DNA from: the human T2T-CHM13v2.0 reference genome, Homo sapiens
Assembly (NCBI RefSeq): GCF_009914755.1
Contig: NC_060927.1
Length of the DNA: 64,000 bases
Direction: 5' to 3' (one strand)
Positions 23,561 to 38,225 of the stretch are shown here, one piece after another (within the stretch, counting starts at the first letter, position 1; every line of letters starts with the position of its first letter). Position numbers and translations under genes: made by a program. The notes beneath the pieces were generated by a model. The model worked only from the letters and a program-made list of their open reading frames with translations, ran no database searches and was not told the DNA's origin.

Positions 23561-23929
23561 AGACATAATACCCTACCCATCCTACATATTGAAAGCTCAT
23601 GTTATATTTGAGATATTTCATATAGAGGGGTCTTACTGGGGGAAGCAAGGTTATCAATTTTGAAATTTAAAGAAAATGTTCGTAGCTTTGGCTGTACTCA
23701 GCATATAACCATCACCTCACTAAACACACATTGGGAATTCTCAAACCTTAGAATTCTCAGATACTGAGTGTTTGCAGGGTAGGGATGGGTAGTATTTGTT
23801 GATTTTGTCTTCTTGAAATGAATTGTCATTACCCACATGCATTCTCCTTGCTATTTATGTGTCATGTTGTTCTTCCACTCAGCGATGGTGACTAGATTGA
23901 GTCATCTATGTTTGCCTAAATTTCCATCA

Positions 23930-24010
23930 ATATAATCACCACTCTACCATTCCACCGTTGCCTTATTTGTCCTTTTAATGGGAAGGTTCTGACCTCATAT
24001 TTATCTTCTG
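23930..24010 (-). mobile_element. Possible CR1/L3 3' fragment
   Basis: Minus strand aatatgaggtcagaaccttccc...ggtggaatgg resembles the L3 3' region. Confidence 0.35.
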
Positions 24011-24904
24011 GATCTTTCTGGGTTCCCTGCTTGAAGTTTCTCCTATGCCCTACCGGTCTTTGGAAAGTAAATATCACAGAAAAATAGCTGAGCCACTTAT
24101 CACAATCATTACGTCGAAAGAATACTGGTTCTAGGATAAAAATATATTGTCCCAAACCACTGATTTTGTTACTTAGAAGCTATAGGAACTGACACCAACT
24201 AAGCTCCTGAGTTGTCATTTCTTCCCTAGTAAAATGGGATAGATCATATATTATTCCAAATAATCTTCCACGTTAATGTGTCACCACAAACACACTTCTA
24301 TTATTTGCAAGTATAAAACAGTTGTTCAGTCACAGAAACCAAATCAGTAAATGGTAAATTGATACCAAGATACCTAAAAGTAATTTTTAAATTGCATCTT
24401 CAAAAAGTTTTTCTTTACCTTTGGCTGTTTAGCATAAGGTTGGAAATACTCTTATATATTTTACTTACTTTTTTATAAGTCAAGATTACTTAGAGTTATG
24501 TATTTATTTATTTACATTCTAGTTACCTCCAAAAAGAAAATGAACGGGTGCACCATAAAAATGTAATACAATAAGATTAGATACTATTAATAAAAGATGC
24601 AAGATAATTTGTAAATGGGAAGAAAAGAATATATCAGGATATTTGATAGTTGAATTTTACAACAATCAAACACGAATAATCTCTAAGTTGTATACCAGTG
24701 GGATGTTATTCTGAAGAGCTCAGCTTTATTTTTGCAATGCTTATGAATAGCTATTTAGCGAAAGCAAAAGAAAATCTCATTTACATATTAGTCATTTATA
24801 CTTAATTCACTGCGATCTCAGTTACATATAGTAAGATGCTCAGTTTCCAAGACAGAGGAAACCATGAAGTTGCTAGCAGTTTGCATACAGTGAAGCCTCA
24901 GGAG

Positions 24905-25135
24905 AGGTTATAGTGTGCAACGTTTAAGGCATGGGTTTTGTAGCCAGACTGCAAGGTTGGAAATCTGACTCTGCCCCCTCATCACCTGCACAGACTTGGG
25001 CAGTTATTAATATCTCTATGCCTGTTTCCTTACTTGTAAAGATCCTAGGAAAGTCTACCTCACAGTGTTGTTTTGAAGAATAAATGAGTTAACACACATT
25101 GAATAGAGTAGTATCTGTTCTTAGTCATTGTTTGG
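24905..25135 (+). mobile_element. MIR
   Basis: agccagactg...aaatctgactctgcc...gacttgggcagttattaa...tgcctgtttccttacttgtaaa...tacctcacag...aaatgagttaa. Confidence 0.85.
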
Positions 25136-27540
25136 TATCAGTTTTTAAAAATCAAGTAATACTGCTATAGAATAGATTTCTCTTAGAAAAGTCCTTAATT
25201 TAGGTACCTCAGTAAAAACAAATGTATTTTGATTGTCCATCCAATGTCCTGACACTTGACCACACTCCCCCAAATTTGAATTTAGCTGGCGTAAATTTAC
25301 ATAGGATTATCACTGTTTTTTAAAGCTGGGGTATAGTCTGTGTGACTGTCCTTCATTGGATGTCTCAGATGGGTGAGGGAACAACAAAAACTGAGAGAAG
25401 AGCGTCTTTCTACTTTTCATCTTTAGCAGTGGAAACCTATATTTATTACTTTGGACCAAGTGAGCAAATATTAGAGATCATTGGGAATATCTGGTAAAAA
25501 TAATCTTGAAATGATAGTTCTCAAAATAGTGTTATTTAAATGACACGAGGCCTTATTTTATATTTCAAAATAAGGTGGAGGAGATATCAGATGCTGATAT
25601 TGTGGTGTAGGACATATCAGATACTATATTGCTTTGTGTGGAATTCAAAAATAACATTTTTGGTTCAGTTAACAGAAAATCTCTTTTCTTTGGTTATAGA
25701 TATAGAACCAGTGCTTCTGCATATCTATGCAATATCACCAGCACTTTATCTTTTTTATTTAGAAACGCTAAATAATAACAACCAAGTTATCATTTTCACG
25801 TGTATAAGTACTTGAGTTTCTTTTTGCTAAAAGTTAAGTTTATGTTGTAACAATAGCTTTAACCGAATAGCTAGGATTATTTACTTTTTATGCTTATGAA
25901 GGTTTTCAATTGTATAATCCATAAAATTATCACAAGTCAGAAACAATCCCTTGGGTATAAATCACAAACTGAAATATCTCTTCCTCAGAAGTTAAAAATT
26001 CCATCTTCAGAAAGATTTTCTTTACTTCTGGCTGCTTGTCATAAAGCAGGAAATGCTCCAGAGGTTATTGAAGAGATAAACATGTTCCAGGCCACTCAGT
26101 AGACTTATATGTAAACAATAACTTTAACTGGAGATACTTGAGGTCAATGGGATCCATAATCCCATGCTAGGTGATTAAGGGCCTTTTAAAATAAGAACTT
26201 CTGATGGATGCTATTCATATATTACTTGCAATGTTCCCCGACAAGACATTGCTGCCAAAATAGCCTAGTGAGCCTCCTTCCATGGGTGGCTCCCCTCTGG
26301 AGCACGTTAACTATTACTCAGAAAATTCTCTAGTACTCAATGTATATGTGGAATTACTTTCGAATTCAGGATTTTGGGGGAATAATTCTGACTTAAAAAA
26401 AAATGTTCTCTCAGATATCTCTGATTCCTGTTTGATTTTGAAAATATGAACAACAAAACAGATTCTACCCTTAATAATCTCAGGTCATACCCCTTCCAGG
26501 GACAATTATCTAAGTTCCAATATAAGCCATGTAATTAGTTAAGGGCTTTGTATATTGTTATCTTTTTAAACTATAAAAATAAATAAATATGTAACATTTT
26601 ATAACATTATACAATGTTACATATATGTGTTAAAAATCACACATACTGACCACAATAACTTGATTTCTCCAAGAATATCTTGTATTGATTTGAAAATAGA
26701 AATACATTTCCAATCTTCAGCAATACTTACCTTGATGGAAAATAACAAAATAATAATAATATAGTAATAATAATATTTTCTAGTTAATAATGGTGAGTCT
26801 CCTAGGTTAAGAATAGAAAATTTAGTAAAACTGGATACATGATTATATCAAATTTACTTCTATATAATTTAAGGGCTTAAACATTTATTCAATTTCAAAG
26901 GACTTTTGGAATATAAAAGATGCACTAACTGGATTCTTTTCTCTTATAAAATGAGCAGGCTTAATTAAGAATCAAATGACAAAGCTATGTTACACAGGTT
27001 TTTACTAAAGGAAAAGGAGTAATTGCTACAATTGGCAAAGAAAGAAGTCTCTCATAGGTAGATATTGCATAATATCTACACGTATTGAAAATCTAACCAC
27101 CAGAAAAAAATTACTTTAAAGTGTAAAATGTAACTTATATTCTAATGTGGATCTTCATAGAAAAAGAAATATAAAGCACAAATATAGACTGCATAAAATT
27201 GGTCTTTTTAATATCTTTTAATATTGTGCTTACAATTTATGGTCAATTAAGTTTTGGTTAAGTCTTCAATTCTTCAGAGAACACTCAAACTAGTAAAACA
27301 AATTGTTTAGTTTTCTCTGATTTTTCTAGTTATTTCTATGAGGATTCTCATCTATCAGTTTTGTAATCTTATATAAATAACGTTGGTGTAGTAAATTATT
27401 AGAAAAAATTATGAGATGTATAATGTATATTAAATTTGTTTAAATTCGACCCAAACTATTATGCATTTTAAAATTTTCTCTCATTAAGTTCCTCAGTGAT
27501 GTTTTGACATTTTATTACTTAAGTAATATCGTTAATTTTT

Positions 27541-27713
27541 TTTTTTTTTTTTTTTTTTTTGAGACGGAGTCTCGCTGTGTCACCCAGGCTGGACTGCAGT
27601 GGCACAATCTCGGCTCACTGCAAGCTCCCCTCCCAGGTTCATGCCATTCTCCTGCCTCAGCCTCATGAGTAGCTGGGACTACAGGTGCCCGCCACCACGC
27701 CTAGCTAATTTTT
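27541..27713 (-). mobile_element. 5'-truncated AluY (right arm only)
   Basis: Poly(T) plus right monomer; degenerate TSD aatatcgttaattttt / aacatcattgattttt. Confidence 0.93.
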
Positions 27714-28528
27714 AACATCATTGATTTTTATCTTAAATTCCCCCAATATTTTAAACCTACTGTATCCTCTTTTGTTATCTAATCTGTGTGGCGTTATCAC
27801 TATCGGGACAAAATTGGTTTCTGCATTCTCTTAGGGGCAGGCAGTGAGTGAAGTCTATTGATGTCAATTTTGTTTCTTCTAGTTCATGGTTTTCTTCTAC
27901 CTTGATTAGTTGACAAGCTTTGAAAGACTGAATTACTGTTTGTACCAAAACAATAATATCAAACAGAGTGTCCCTCCTATGTGTATTAATTACAAAAAAT
28001 ACATTAAAATGACTGAAATAGAGACAAAAAATGATCCTAGGAAATAGGCACTTTCTATATGTGTTTCAATATTTTATTATTTCTGATATTTATAGCTACT
28101 GTTAGTTAAAATTATGTGTTAAAATTTAGAACATATTGGGAAATTATAAAAAAAGGTAAAATAATTTACATAATTATATTTATAATATATTACATTGGTT
28201 AAATGTGTATAGAAATGGAGGTAACATAAGAATTCCCTGTCTCTGTTGAGCAAATATGAAAGAAGAAAAGATTTGTAATCACACATGAAGTAAAAAAAGC
28301 AATTCTGAATGTTAATAGTCAGAAAATTTCTAGGATGACAAGTCTTACTGTCTATCTGTGATGTCAGGAGACAGAGCTTCAAAATTCTGAAGTTCACAAG
28401 TGCATTCAGGTAGAGGAGTGTGAGGCAGGTCAGGAGGCAGGAGACAGGTATGGCTTTGTTCCGGATTACGCTTTCTCTGTCCTGGAAGTCCCAGAATGAG
28501 ATCTGATATTAATTTTGACATTGACCCC

Positions 28529-28895
28529 TGATATGGTTTGGCTCTGTGTCCCTACCCAAATCTCATCTCAATCTGTAATCCCCACATGTTGAGGGAAGGA
28601 CCTGTTGGGAGGTGATGGGATCATAGGGGTGGTTCCCCCATCCTGTTCTCCCAATAGTGCATGAGTTCTCACAAGAGCTGATGGTTTTAAAAGTATTTGG
28701 CACTTCCCTTTTCACTCTCACTCTCTTTTGCCACCACGTAAGACATGCCTTGCTCCCCTGTTGCCGTCTGCCATGATTGTAAGTTTCCTGAGGCCTCTAG
28801 TCATGCTGAACTATGAGTCAATTAAACCTTTTTTCTTTATAAATTAACCAGTCTCAGGTAGTATCTTTATGGCAGTGTGAAAATAGACTAATACA
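28529..28895 (+). mobile_element. THE1D-like MaLR solo LTR
   Basis: tgatatggtttggctctgtgtcc...gagtcaattaaacc...gcagtgtgaaaatagactaataca. Confidence 0.92.
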
Positions 28896-29059
28896 AGCAC
28901 TGTTAAGTACATTTTTAAAAACTAATATATCTGGTTAAAGTTGGTTGAACAGAATCAGGCTAATAAAATCTCATGTGATGCCATTTATGCTTTTGTCCTT
29001 CAAGGGCCTTATAAGTCTACAAAGATCCATCCAGAGAAGTTCATACTCTGGTTAAAAAA

Positions 29060-29715
29060 CTATGCATAATTTTTCAGGCCTGACAATAGGCAATCACAAA
29101 GCCTCTTCCTGGCCAGACCCATGGGGAATAACTGTCTTTTCTACCACAGACATAGTACACAGTCCTTGCTTTAAAGTTTCTGGGGGGAGTTGTGGTCAAG
29201 GACTCAGGCCTTCCTCATTCGTCATGCTTTTCCCATATTTACATTCCTAAGCTTGGCATATTCCTTCCTCTATCTTTAATCTGTAGCCTTGGACACACGT
29301 CTGCTTCAGGCACCTCTGCTGAGACTTCTTTATGGAGAAATGAGAAATCTTGAAGAGTATTTGCCCGACTGTGACTCAGTATGTAATACATGTCTGCTCC
29401 TAACTCTTTCCCCATGCCCTCCCCTTGACCTCAAAGTCTGTACATCTGCCTGAGCCTTTTGTTCTGAGTTCCCTCAACGGTGAGACCACCCCCATGACTA
29501 CACTGATCTACATGACTCTAGCTAAATGTGCTGCTCCGTGGGGGAAAATGGAACAAGGGATGAGTTGGTGCTTCCACTAATTTAAGACTCTTGCTTATAC
29601 CATCATAGTAAGTAATTAAAGGTTTAACTCTTGCATTTCTGATTTGTTGCTTTATTCAGCTGCTCTGATACCTGACAGTTAAGCTTTCTCTCCTAGCTAA
29701 GATGGAAGAGAGACA
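29060..29715 (+). mobile_element. ERVL-class LTR (MER54/73/74-like)
   Basis: Higher-GC block with ttccctcaacggtgagaccaccccc...tgctgctccgtgggg...agtaattaaag; family assignment uncertain. Confidence 0.5.
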
Positions 29716-31999
29716 TACCTTTGAAAAAGATGTACATGCTGAAACAAAACATGAAATAAATCACAGGGCCATATCCATTTTTAAATTTCCTAATTCTGAC
29801 TTAAAAGCAACTGTTCTGCTGTGGTGACAGCAAAAAGTAAAATACAAAAATAAAAGTGAAAGTGTCAGGAGCAAGTTAACATCTGTGTTTTAAAGATAGT
29901 GGGAAACCTGGAAAATATAAAGCATTTTATTAGCAATTAATTGCTATCTGTGACTCAGATGACATAATATTGGAGTCACAGGAAACTCTAATCAATGAGA
30001 CAATCTTACATTTTATCTCTATTCCTCTGCTGTAGCCCTGAGCTCCAGAAGCAAACTATAATTTTTCAAGCATAATGAAGGAAAGTGGAACTAAGTCATA
30101 AAAAAGTGTTTAAATTCTCTACTAAGTCTGAATATTCTTTGTAACTATAGAAAATAAATAGTCACATGGTTCTGTAAACTTTTCAATTGGTCCTCAAGAA
30201 TGCTATGTCATTAGTTTATATGTCATCTTAAGTTTATATCCTATAGTTACAAACAAATGTTAAAATAAGCAAAAGAAGCTGTTTAGTACATTTTTCTATT
30301 GTCTGTTGACTCCACTGCTATAAGATGTCTTCCCAGTAGACTGATTATTTTTTATGTTCAATATCCAGTCCACTAATTCTTCAGTAGCTATGTTGGTTTC
30401 CGAGAAAGTCTCCATTTCTCGGAAATTGGCACAGAATCCAGGTGCTGCTATTATGTCATTCACACTATACTTTTCTGTTTAAATATATTTCTGTTCAAAT
30501 AAATTTCCATAAGTTCAATTATTCTTCAGTCTCAAGAAGCATTTTCAAAAAAAAAGCTATTTTTATAATCTTAGGTTTGAAATATAACACTTTGGTAGGT
30601 TCTTTTTAAAATTCTCTGCTCGCTTCTCATTTAGAAATTTTAGGTCTCTAAGGATATTCTTAATGATGAAAGTATAAAGTACTTTTTTCCTTGGGCTTAA
30701 AAAATTGCTATGTGTGTTTTCCAGTGCTGTTATTCTGGAGATATAAATGTCACCTAGAGAGCAGTTCTTCTATGGCTCTATCTCACCCACTTTGTAAGAA
30801 AATCAGTTCCTTGAAATTTCTCCTTAATATTTCTGTCAATCTAGAGGAATTGATCTCCAATAATGTCCTCTAAAATGGGACTTCTATTTTAATAGTCTAT
30901 CACTCCTGTTAAGGATGCAAAGAGCTTTCTAATTGCTACTGATACTAAAAGTAGAAGATATGGTGTCAAGATCCCTTGAAGGCAACAATGAGTTGATGCT
31001 GCTGGTTCTGTAATTTGTGACAAATCTGTAGATGCCCAGGGTTTAAGGAAGTGAGTTTCACAGCAGGAGCAGGATGCCCAATGTTGAGGAGCCAAAAGTG
31101 TAACTGTAACCATAACCAGTGTTAACTGCTTCTATTGCCAATTCATTGACTACTGTCATGCTGAACCTACTGCCATCTTGATTCCACTGTTCACACTTAG
31201 ACTAATGCCACTCACATTTTTCACTGGAGTTGTTGCACACACATCTTATTAAAATGCTTCCTTGGGTTTCCCATTTGTTTTTCAGATTTTTACCACAGCA
31301 ACCCTTTATGCCCTATTTGAGCATAACTATACATGACCAGATCTAGGATATATTGTAAAGATCAGGTATATATAGCTCTTAGAGTAAGTCCAGCCTTTCA
31401 CTGCTTATGCAATTTTTTTTAAACAAAGTTTTGACCTTTCCTAGAAAAGCCCTTGTAACATATGGAAATAAAGCCCAATCATTCATCCAGATGTTCTGCT
31501 TGCTACAAAGAATGCAGTTCTTACTCAACCCGGAAAATTCACTTTACCCATTACACACACCAAACTGTACCGTTTTTCTAACCAGGGTTTTGATCCTGAG
31601 ACTAATTAGGCCTGTTTTATGGAAAGATGATAAAATTAACCCTTGAAATATTATTTGCTATCATAAACTCCAAAGAGATCATTTTAATATTTCTTTTATA
31701 AACCTATTCATGTGTTTAGAATGTTGCATACTTATTACTTACTGTACCCCATACAGGAGAAACCTGTCATGTTAAGGTACAAAACTGGATACATAATTAT
31801 GTTATCCAATTATCCTCTGTAAAACCAGTGAGTGCTTTACAGAGGATGCAATTTGTTCCTAATGCCTGAAAACAACCTAAGAAAAAATGAGCCGCTAATA
31901 TTATTAAAGAATCAAAATATAAAATAAATATCCTTTATTTTCCATGATGACCTGTATACTTACTTCAGGTTCTCTCTTATTTAGATGGTCTAAACTGGA

Positions 32000-32470
32000 G
32001 ACTTACTACTCAAGATGTATGGACCAGCAGCAATGGCATCATCAGGGAGCTTGTTGGAAGTACAGAATCTCAGGTCTTACCCAAACCAATGGAGCCAGAA
32101 TCTTTTGTTTTGTTTTGTTTTGTTTTGTTTTGTTTTGTTTTTCAAGATGGAGTCTCACTCTGTCACCCAGGCTGGAGTGAAGTGGTGCAATCTCAGCTCA
32201 CCGCAACCTCCGCCTCCTGGGTTCAAGTGATTCTCCTGCCTCAGCCTCCTGAGTAGCTGCATACCACCACACCCGGCTAATTTTTTGTATTTTTAGTATA
32301 GATGGGGTTTCACCATGTTGGTCCGGCTGGTCTGGAACTCCTGAGCTCATGATCCGCCCACCTCGGCCTCCCAAAGTGCTGGGATTACAGGCGTGAGCCA
32401 CCGTGTCCAGCCCAGAATCTTCATTTAACAAGATCCCTGGAGAGTTTTTTATGCACTTTGAAATTTAAGA
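32000..32470. mobile_element. MER5A DNA transposon split by an Alu
   Basis: ggaccagcagcaatggcatcatcagggagcttgttggaa...cagaatct[Alu]catttaacaagatccc. Confidence 0.82.
32105..32412 (-). mobile_element. AluS with (TTTTG)n tail
   Basis: Dimer with a small internal deletion; TSD cagaatctt. Confidence 0.96.
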
Positions 32471-32964
32471 TTTCAAAAATATAATATAAAATATAAATAT
32501 AAAATATAATCATTCACTGTTATTTATTATTCCAAGTTTAAATTTTCCTCCTTCAATCAATAAATTTTCAGCTCTGTTTCCAAATATCTTCTACTCCTCA
32601 CTGTCACTTTCAGTTTTTTGTGTACAACCTAAGTTGGTGAATTTGTTATTAAGTAATACTGGTTATGAATACGATTATTTTAATTTAAATCTTTGGAACC
32701 TCATGATGAATTTTTATTTAATATAGCATCACATAGGTAATTTCCTTCCTCATTTCACTATTCATACTTCCAAATTTCCTTCTGTTTCTTAAGTATTTTT
32801 TAAAATTATTTTTGTTGAGTGTTATTTACCAGAAGTCTTCAATCCAAGAATTAATCACAACATGATCGATGTAACCTATATCCCATATGTGAGAATCTGT
32901 CCACATTGTACTCTGAAACATCTTGGGTTTTAAAGGATTACTTTAATTCACTGGGTCTACAACA

Positions 32965-33185
32965 TTCTCAGGGTTCATAACAATGGATGCACATCAGAAT
33001 TACCAAAGGAAAGAGATTCCAGTGGCTCAAATATGCCTTCTACACCCAGATGTTTTAATTACATAGAAGTGAGTGGTTTTCTAGGTACAAGGATTTTGAA
33101 AAATAAAGAAGAAATCGGCAACAGAGAAAGCAAAAGAGAAGAATCCAGCTAATGCTGAAGTGAAAATCTGTTGAGGACCACTACA
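32965..33185. mobile_element. MER5B-like fragment
   Basis: ggatgcacatcagaattacc...ttgaggaccact. Confidence 0.5.
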
Positions 33186-35439
33186 CTAAATTAGGAACTA
33201 AGAAAAGGTCGTTTCTTCCTTTGTAACAAGTGCCCATCTTCACTATAAACAATGTATTCAGCTTTGCCGCAAACTCAGAGTAGCCCTCTCCCTAGATAAG
33301 AGTTAAACAGTAACTGTTTCTAGTATCTCAATGACTTCTATTTCTTTGGCTGTGACTGACTTTCAGGCCTTTGGCCTCTCAGTGCTGGATTCTTTTGGCC
33401 CAGAAACACATCTTCTGTAACAAAAAAACACCATCCTATCAATCACCGCCTGTCTTATTCACTAGAATTATCTGCTGCTTGTATTTTAACTGATTGCCTA
33501 TGTTTCCTCTGCTGTGGTGATCATCTTGGCTCTAGATTTAGCTTTAATTTTAGCTAATTACCTTGTATGCCTCCTTTCTCATTTTGTAACATGATTCTTA
33601 TTTTAATGCTATATTTTTAATTTTTGAAGTCAACCTCTGGTCTTTCTCTTGAAAAACGACCATCAATATGCACCTCTCAAAAACAAGATCTCCCAAACTT
33701 CTATTTTCACTTTTCATTATTTTATGGTTACATCCCTTTCTAGTCACTAAACCACAGCTTTGAAAGAGATAAGAGGCATTTCTAGAGATAGCAAGTGAGA
33801 TGTAGCATTTCAGTATGATAAACTGACTCTAAGAAATAAGATAAAATGAATTATTATGTGTATCACCTTTAAAGATAATTTCATTTTTCTAAGAGAGGAA
33901 ACAATACTCCCAAATAGTTCAATCAGTGGTAGTTAATAGATTAATTCGTCAAACTCCAACTGATTTCAATTTGTTTTCTCTTTGAATTTGCCATCACCTC
34001 TTTATTATTAGTTGAATGACCTGGAAAAGCTCATTATTTCTTTGTGCTACAATTTATCAACTATTATACTGGAAAAAAATAATAAATATTTTATTATTCT
34101 CTTTAAAATAAAGGGAACTTTTGAGTATCAATCATAGTTTCCATAATTTTACATTCTATAAAACCATAACACTTTTCAAAACCTCCAGGAACTCATATAG
34201 GATTTCTATTTTTTCCAAGTAAACAAAAGCAAACTCCATATCTACCTGTACTATCGTATAACAAAATAAAAACTTTTGGACACCAAGAGAGGGTTAAAAC
34301 TCAGAATAAAAACAGAATCTTATGAACTTCAAATATATTTAACTTTTTAAAAAACTCTAATTTACATACTTTTTTTCTCATTTTACTTTAGACTTTCGAG
34401 TATTTTACCATGAACAAAGCAATATGCATGCAGCACAATATGAGCCATGGAGCAGGTGTTCAAAGACGATTAGTTCTCTTCCCTTTTTAATGTACAATTA
34501 GCTAGAAAATTTCAGGAGAAAAATTATTTTACTTTGTAAAAGATTAAAATTTCCCTACTCACTCTTTAGACAAGTGAGATATAAACTCTTATTGCTATTC
34601 TTATTACATTTCCTATATCACATAATGAGACTCCAGGGTGAGCCCTTTATTAATATTCATAGTCTCGTCAGATAATTTTTGTTTAAGAAAATGCAATTTA
34701 TTTTTGAATGTCTATCATATGCATTACAAGGCAAAACAATAAGGGTGGAAATCATGACACCCATGGGGTTTCTAGAAGACTTTGAAATTAGGTTATTACA
34801 GTTGAATGAAAATCACTACAAAAACTATATAATGAAATTTTACTATACTTTTAAGATGTTTTCGAGTACAATGTATACAATTCTGCTAAACTGTTTAAAC
34901 AGAAACACTTTAAATACTTAAAAAAATACTTTCTTTATTTCATCATTAATGCCTATTAGTCTTTCAATTAGAGAATTGTTTTTGTAGCTAGTGTTTTTAT
35001 TTATAAGAGGTAACCAACTGTTTAATGTTGTAATTCAAAAATACATTCTCATTTTCAACTAATAAACATTGCACATTTCCTAACACACTGTGTTCCCTTG
35101 AATAATATTATAATATATTCTCTTTGATGTATTTATGTCCCTGGTTGTCAATTAGCTGAGTAGAAACTGTTGTTATTTGCAGCATCTTTATTTCTATGAC
35201 TGGAGATTTTCTGGTATGTCATCTGTCAAAGCATCAACAAGAAAATGTAGGAGTTTTTTGAACTATTAAGACTATTTCTCCAAATTACTATTTTATTATA
35301 TGGTATACATTTAAGTCAAGTTCTTTTCAAGTAATTTTGTTAAGCCATTAAAACATTAAAACTTCACATACAGAAGCAAAACAAAATTTAGAATATCATT
35401 TCTTTTGCTATGGTAGAAAAGCATCAAAGATGACTTGTG

Positions 35440-36020
35440 GAATTTTTTACCTAAGAAACTGAAAGGGAGGTGATACTTTTTACTAAAGGAGGAAATATCG
35501 AGGTTTCTGTGTTGGACATATTAATTTTGAAAGTTAGAAATGCCTATTAAATATGCTAATAAATATCAGGGATAGAAAAAGATTTGCACACTATCACCAG
35601 GTAAAACCTATTTAGGGCTATGAAATTAGATGAGATCACATAGGCAAGAGGTAAAAATGAAGCTCCCAGCAGCACTCTCATATTTACAGATAAATTAGAA
35701 GAAGAAACAAATTAAAGGAACCTGAGGAGCAGCCAGTGAATTTAGAGGGAAACAAAAGCAGAAATATCACAAAAGTAATGGGGGAGACAGCAGCGGGGTT
35801 TCCAGGTATGATAGAGTTGTTGTGAAATACCACTAAGAGGTAAAGAAAGTAGTGAGGAAGAAATTAGCATCAAATTAGGTTTGATCCAGATTGCTGGTCA
35901 CCTTAACACAAACAACCTCTGTGAAACTGAGGAACATGAATCAAAGAAGTATAGGCTTAAAGAAAGCTGAAGGAGATAGCTGTGCATGAAGTAGACAATT
36001 TGAGACTTTTGAGAAGCAAA
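35440..36020 (-). mobile_element. L2 fragment
   Basis: ttggacatattaattttga, tgaaattagatgagatcac, gaggagcagccagtga and tggtcaccttaac are antisense L2 motifs. Confidence 0.75.
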
Positions 36021-36722
36021 CAATACACAGTTTATTTATCTGACCTCTCAAAACTATTCACATAGGATTATAGTTGCAGTTGATGATTTCATTTCATTTG
36101 TTAATATAGGAGGTGTCCCAGTTTGTTTAAAGACAATGTCAGACATACCTGAATGTGTTTGGTAAATATTGTTCTAGATTTTGAAAAAGATGATTTCCCA
36201 GAATTTATGAACTTTCTTTTGGTTTTCATAACAGAAAAGGAATAAACTGACTTGTGGGTGTATATAAAATGAAAAGCTGCCCATATTTAAAAAATACCTC
36301 CGAGAATTTAAATCAAACACCAGAGAATAAAAACACTGTGTGATCGGAGGGACCAAAGACAACATCTCAGAATCTGGTATTAACTGAGGGTATACAAAAT
36401 GCTACATTTAGAATACAATGTTGATTAGAGTTTCTGGTAGTTGTACTATGTTACTATTTTAAGTGTTCCCTTTAATGTAGGTAAATAAATGTTTCTAGAT
36501 TTACTTCAATGAGGTAAATGGCTGGAAGCCTTGTAACTAATGTTGAAAATATAGGCAGCTCTTACTGTACCAACATAGCTCCTGCTGACAGATAAAAACC
36601 CGTGCTTAATAAAGGCAAAACAAATTTAATCTAGACTTGACCAAAACAAACTTCATCTTCTATTGTTTAAACATCTCTCATAACTACATATTTATACACA
36701 TTGATTAAAATGTAGTATTTCT

Positions 36723-37025
36723 GCTGAGTGTGGTGGCTCATGGCTTTAATCCCAGGACTTTAGGTGGAGACCGAGATGGGAAGACTGTTTGAGCCCAGGA
36801 GTTCAAGAACAGCCTGGGCAACATGGTGAGATGCTGTCATTACAAAATAAAATGAAAATGGCCAAGCATGGTGGTGCATGCTTGTAGACCCAACTACTTG
36901 GGAGGATAGAGAGGGAGGACCACATTAGCCCATGAGTTTGAGTCTACAATGAGCCATATTCATGCCATTGCACTACATCTTGGTTGACAGAGTAAGGTTC
37001 TGTCTCAAAACAACAAAAAAAGAAA
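36723..37025 (+). mobile_element. AluJo-like, highly diverged
   Basis: Dimer with ttgagcccaggagttcaag and gagggaggacc; atttct on both flanks. Confidence 0.93.
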
Positions 37026-37289
37026 CATTTCTCTGTAACAACCAATAAATTGCACTTTTCTTATTCTTAACTATCAATCATATCAATCTGGAAACAGTTT
37101 TAAAACTAAAAAATAATAATCATGGCTTCTTAGTGTTCTAGTACTTAGTTGATGAAGACTACCATAGTCCCCCTCTGGAAATTTTTGGTATTAATATATC
37201 CACTTGTAAAACTAATAATAAAACTTATACCTGCATATTAATTGGTAATCTTCAAGGAGCTTCAAACAAGTAGCAAAGTATGTTATCAC

Positions 37290-37450
37290 AAGAACTTTAT
37301 AGGCTAATAGAAAAAAAAGTATTCCATTTTGCAGGTGAGAAAATTAAGAAACAGAGAGATTAAGGAAATTTGCCAAAGTGACATAATATGATACGTTCAG
37401 GAAAAGATCTGTGGTTACCTATTTCCTTCTCAGAATTCTCCCCATTAACC
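37290..37450 (-). mobile_element. MIR fragment
   Basis: ccattttgcaggtgagaaaattaagaaacagagagattaagg...ttgccaaagtgaca. Confidence 0.75.
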
Positions 37451-38225
37451 CAGACAATAGTTTTATATTTAGTCACTATAGTGTGAATAGAAAATATATT
37501 TTCTGAGAGTGATTTTAACCTTTAGTTCTATAATTTCCTTCGTATGTGTATCTGTCGTATATGTCTTATCTGAAGATAATTTTCTTAACTGAAGAATTAT
37601 TAATTGTTTAATCAGCAATTCTAATAACTTACTGTTTACCACTTCTTTATGATAAATATAATGTGTATACTGAAAAAAATTGAATATTATAAGATTATAG
37701 GCTTGTATTTAAATTCTGATTTAAATTTTTATGCTTATAATATACAGGACACTAGAGTATGTACTTTGCAAGAGAGAAACAAAATAAGAAGAGAAACAGC
37801 ACTAAAAGAACTGTTTTTTGTTTGTTTGTTTATCTTAAGGAAACAGGTAAAGCAAGTACAAAAACATGTCTAATAAAGAGAGGAGCAAAATTAGGATCAC
37901 AAGTCAGATAAAAATACTATGGGCTTTCAAGGTGGAGAGCCTTAGTTCCAGGTGAAATTTTAAGTGTTTAATGAAACACTTGGCATTTGAAAGGATAAAG
38001 AATCAACTTGCAGCAGATGTGGTGGCAGAAAATATCTAGATATAGGTATATCTCATTATTGCTCTTTGCTTTATTGGAGCTCGCAGATACTGCATTTTTA
38101 CAAATTGAGGGTTTGTGACAAGTTGAGAACATCTATCAGTGCCATTATTCCAACAACATGTCCTCACTTCCTGCCTTTGTATCACATTCTGGTAATTTTC
38201 ATACTTCAAACTTTTTCATAATTAT

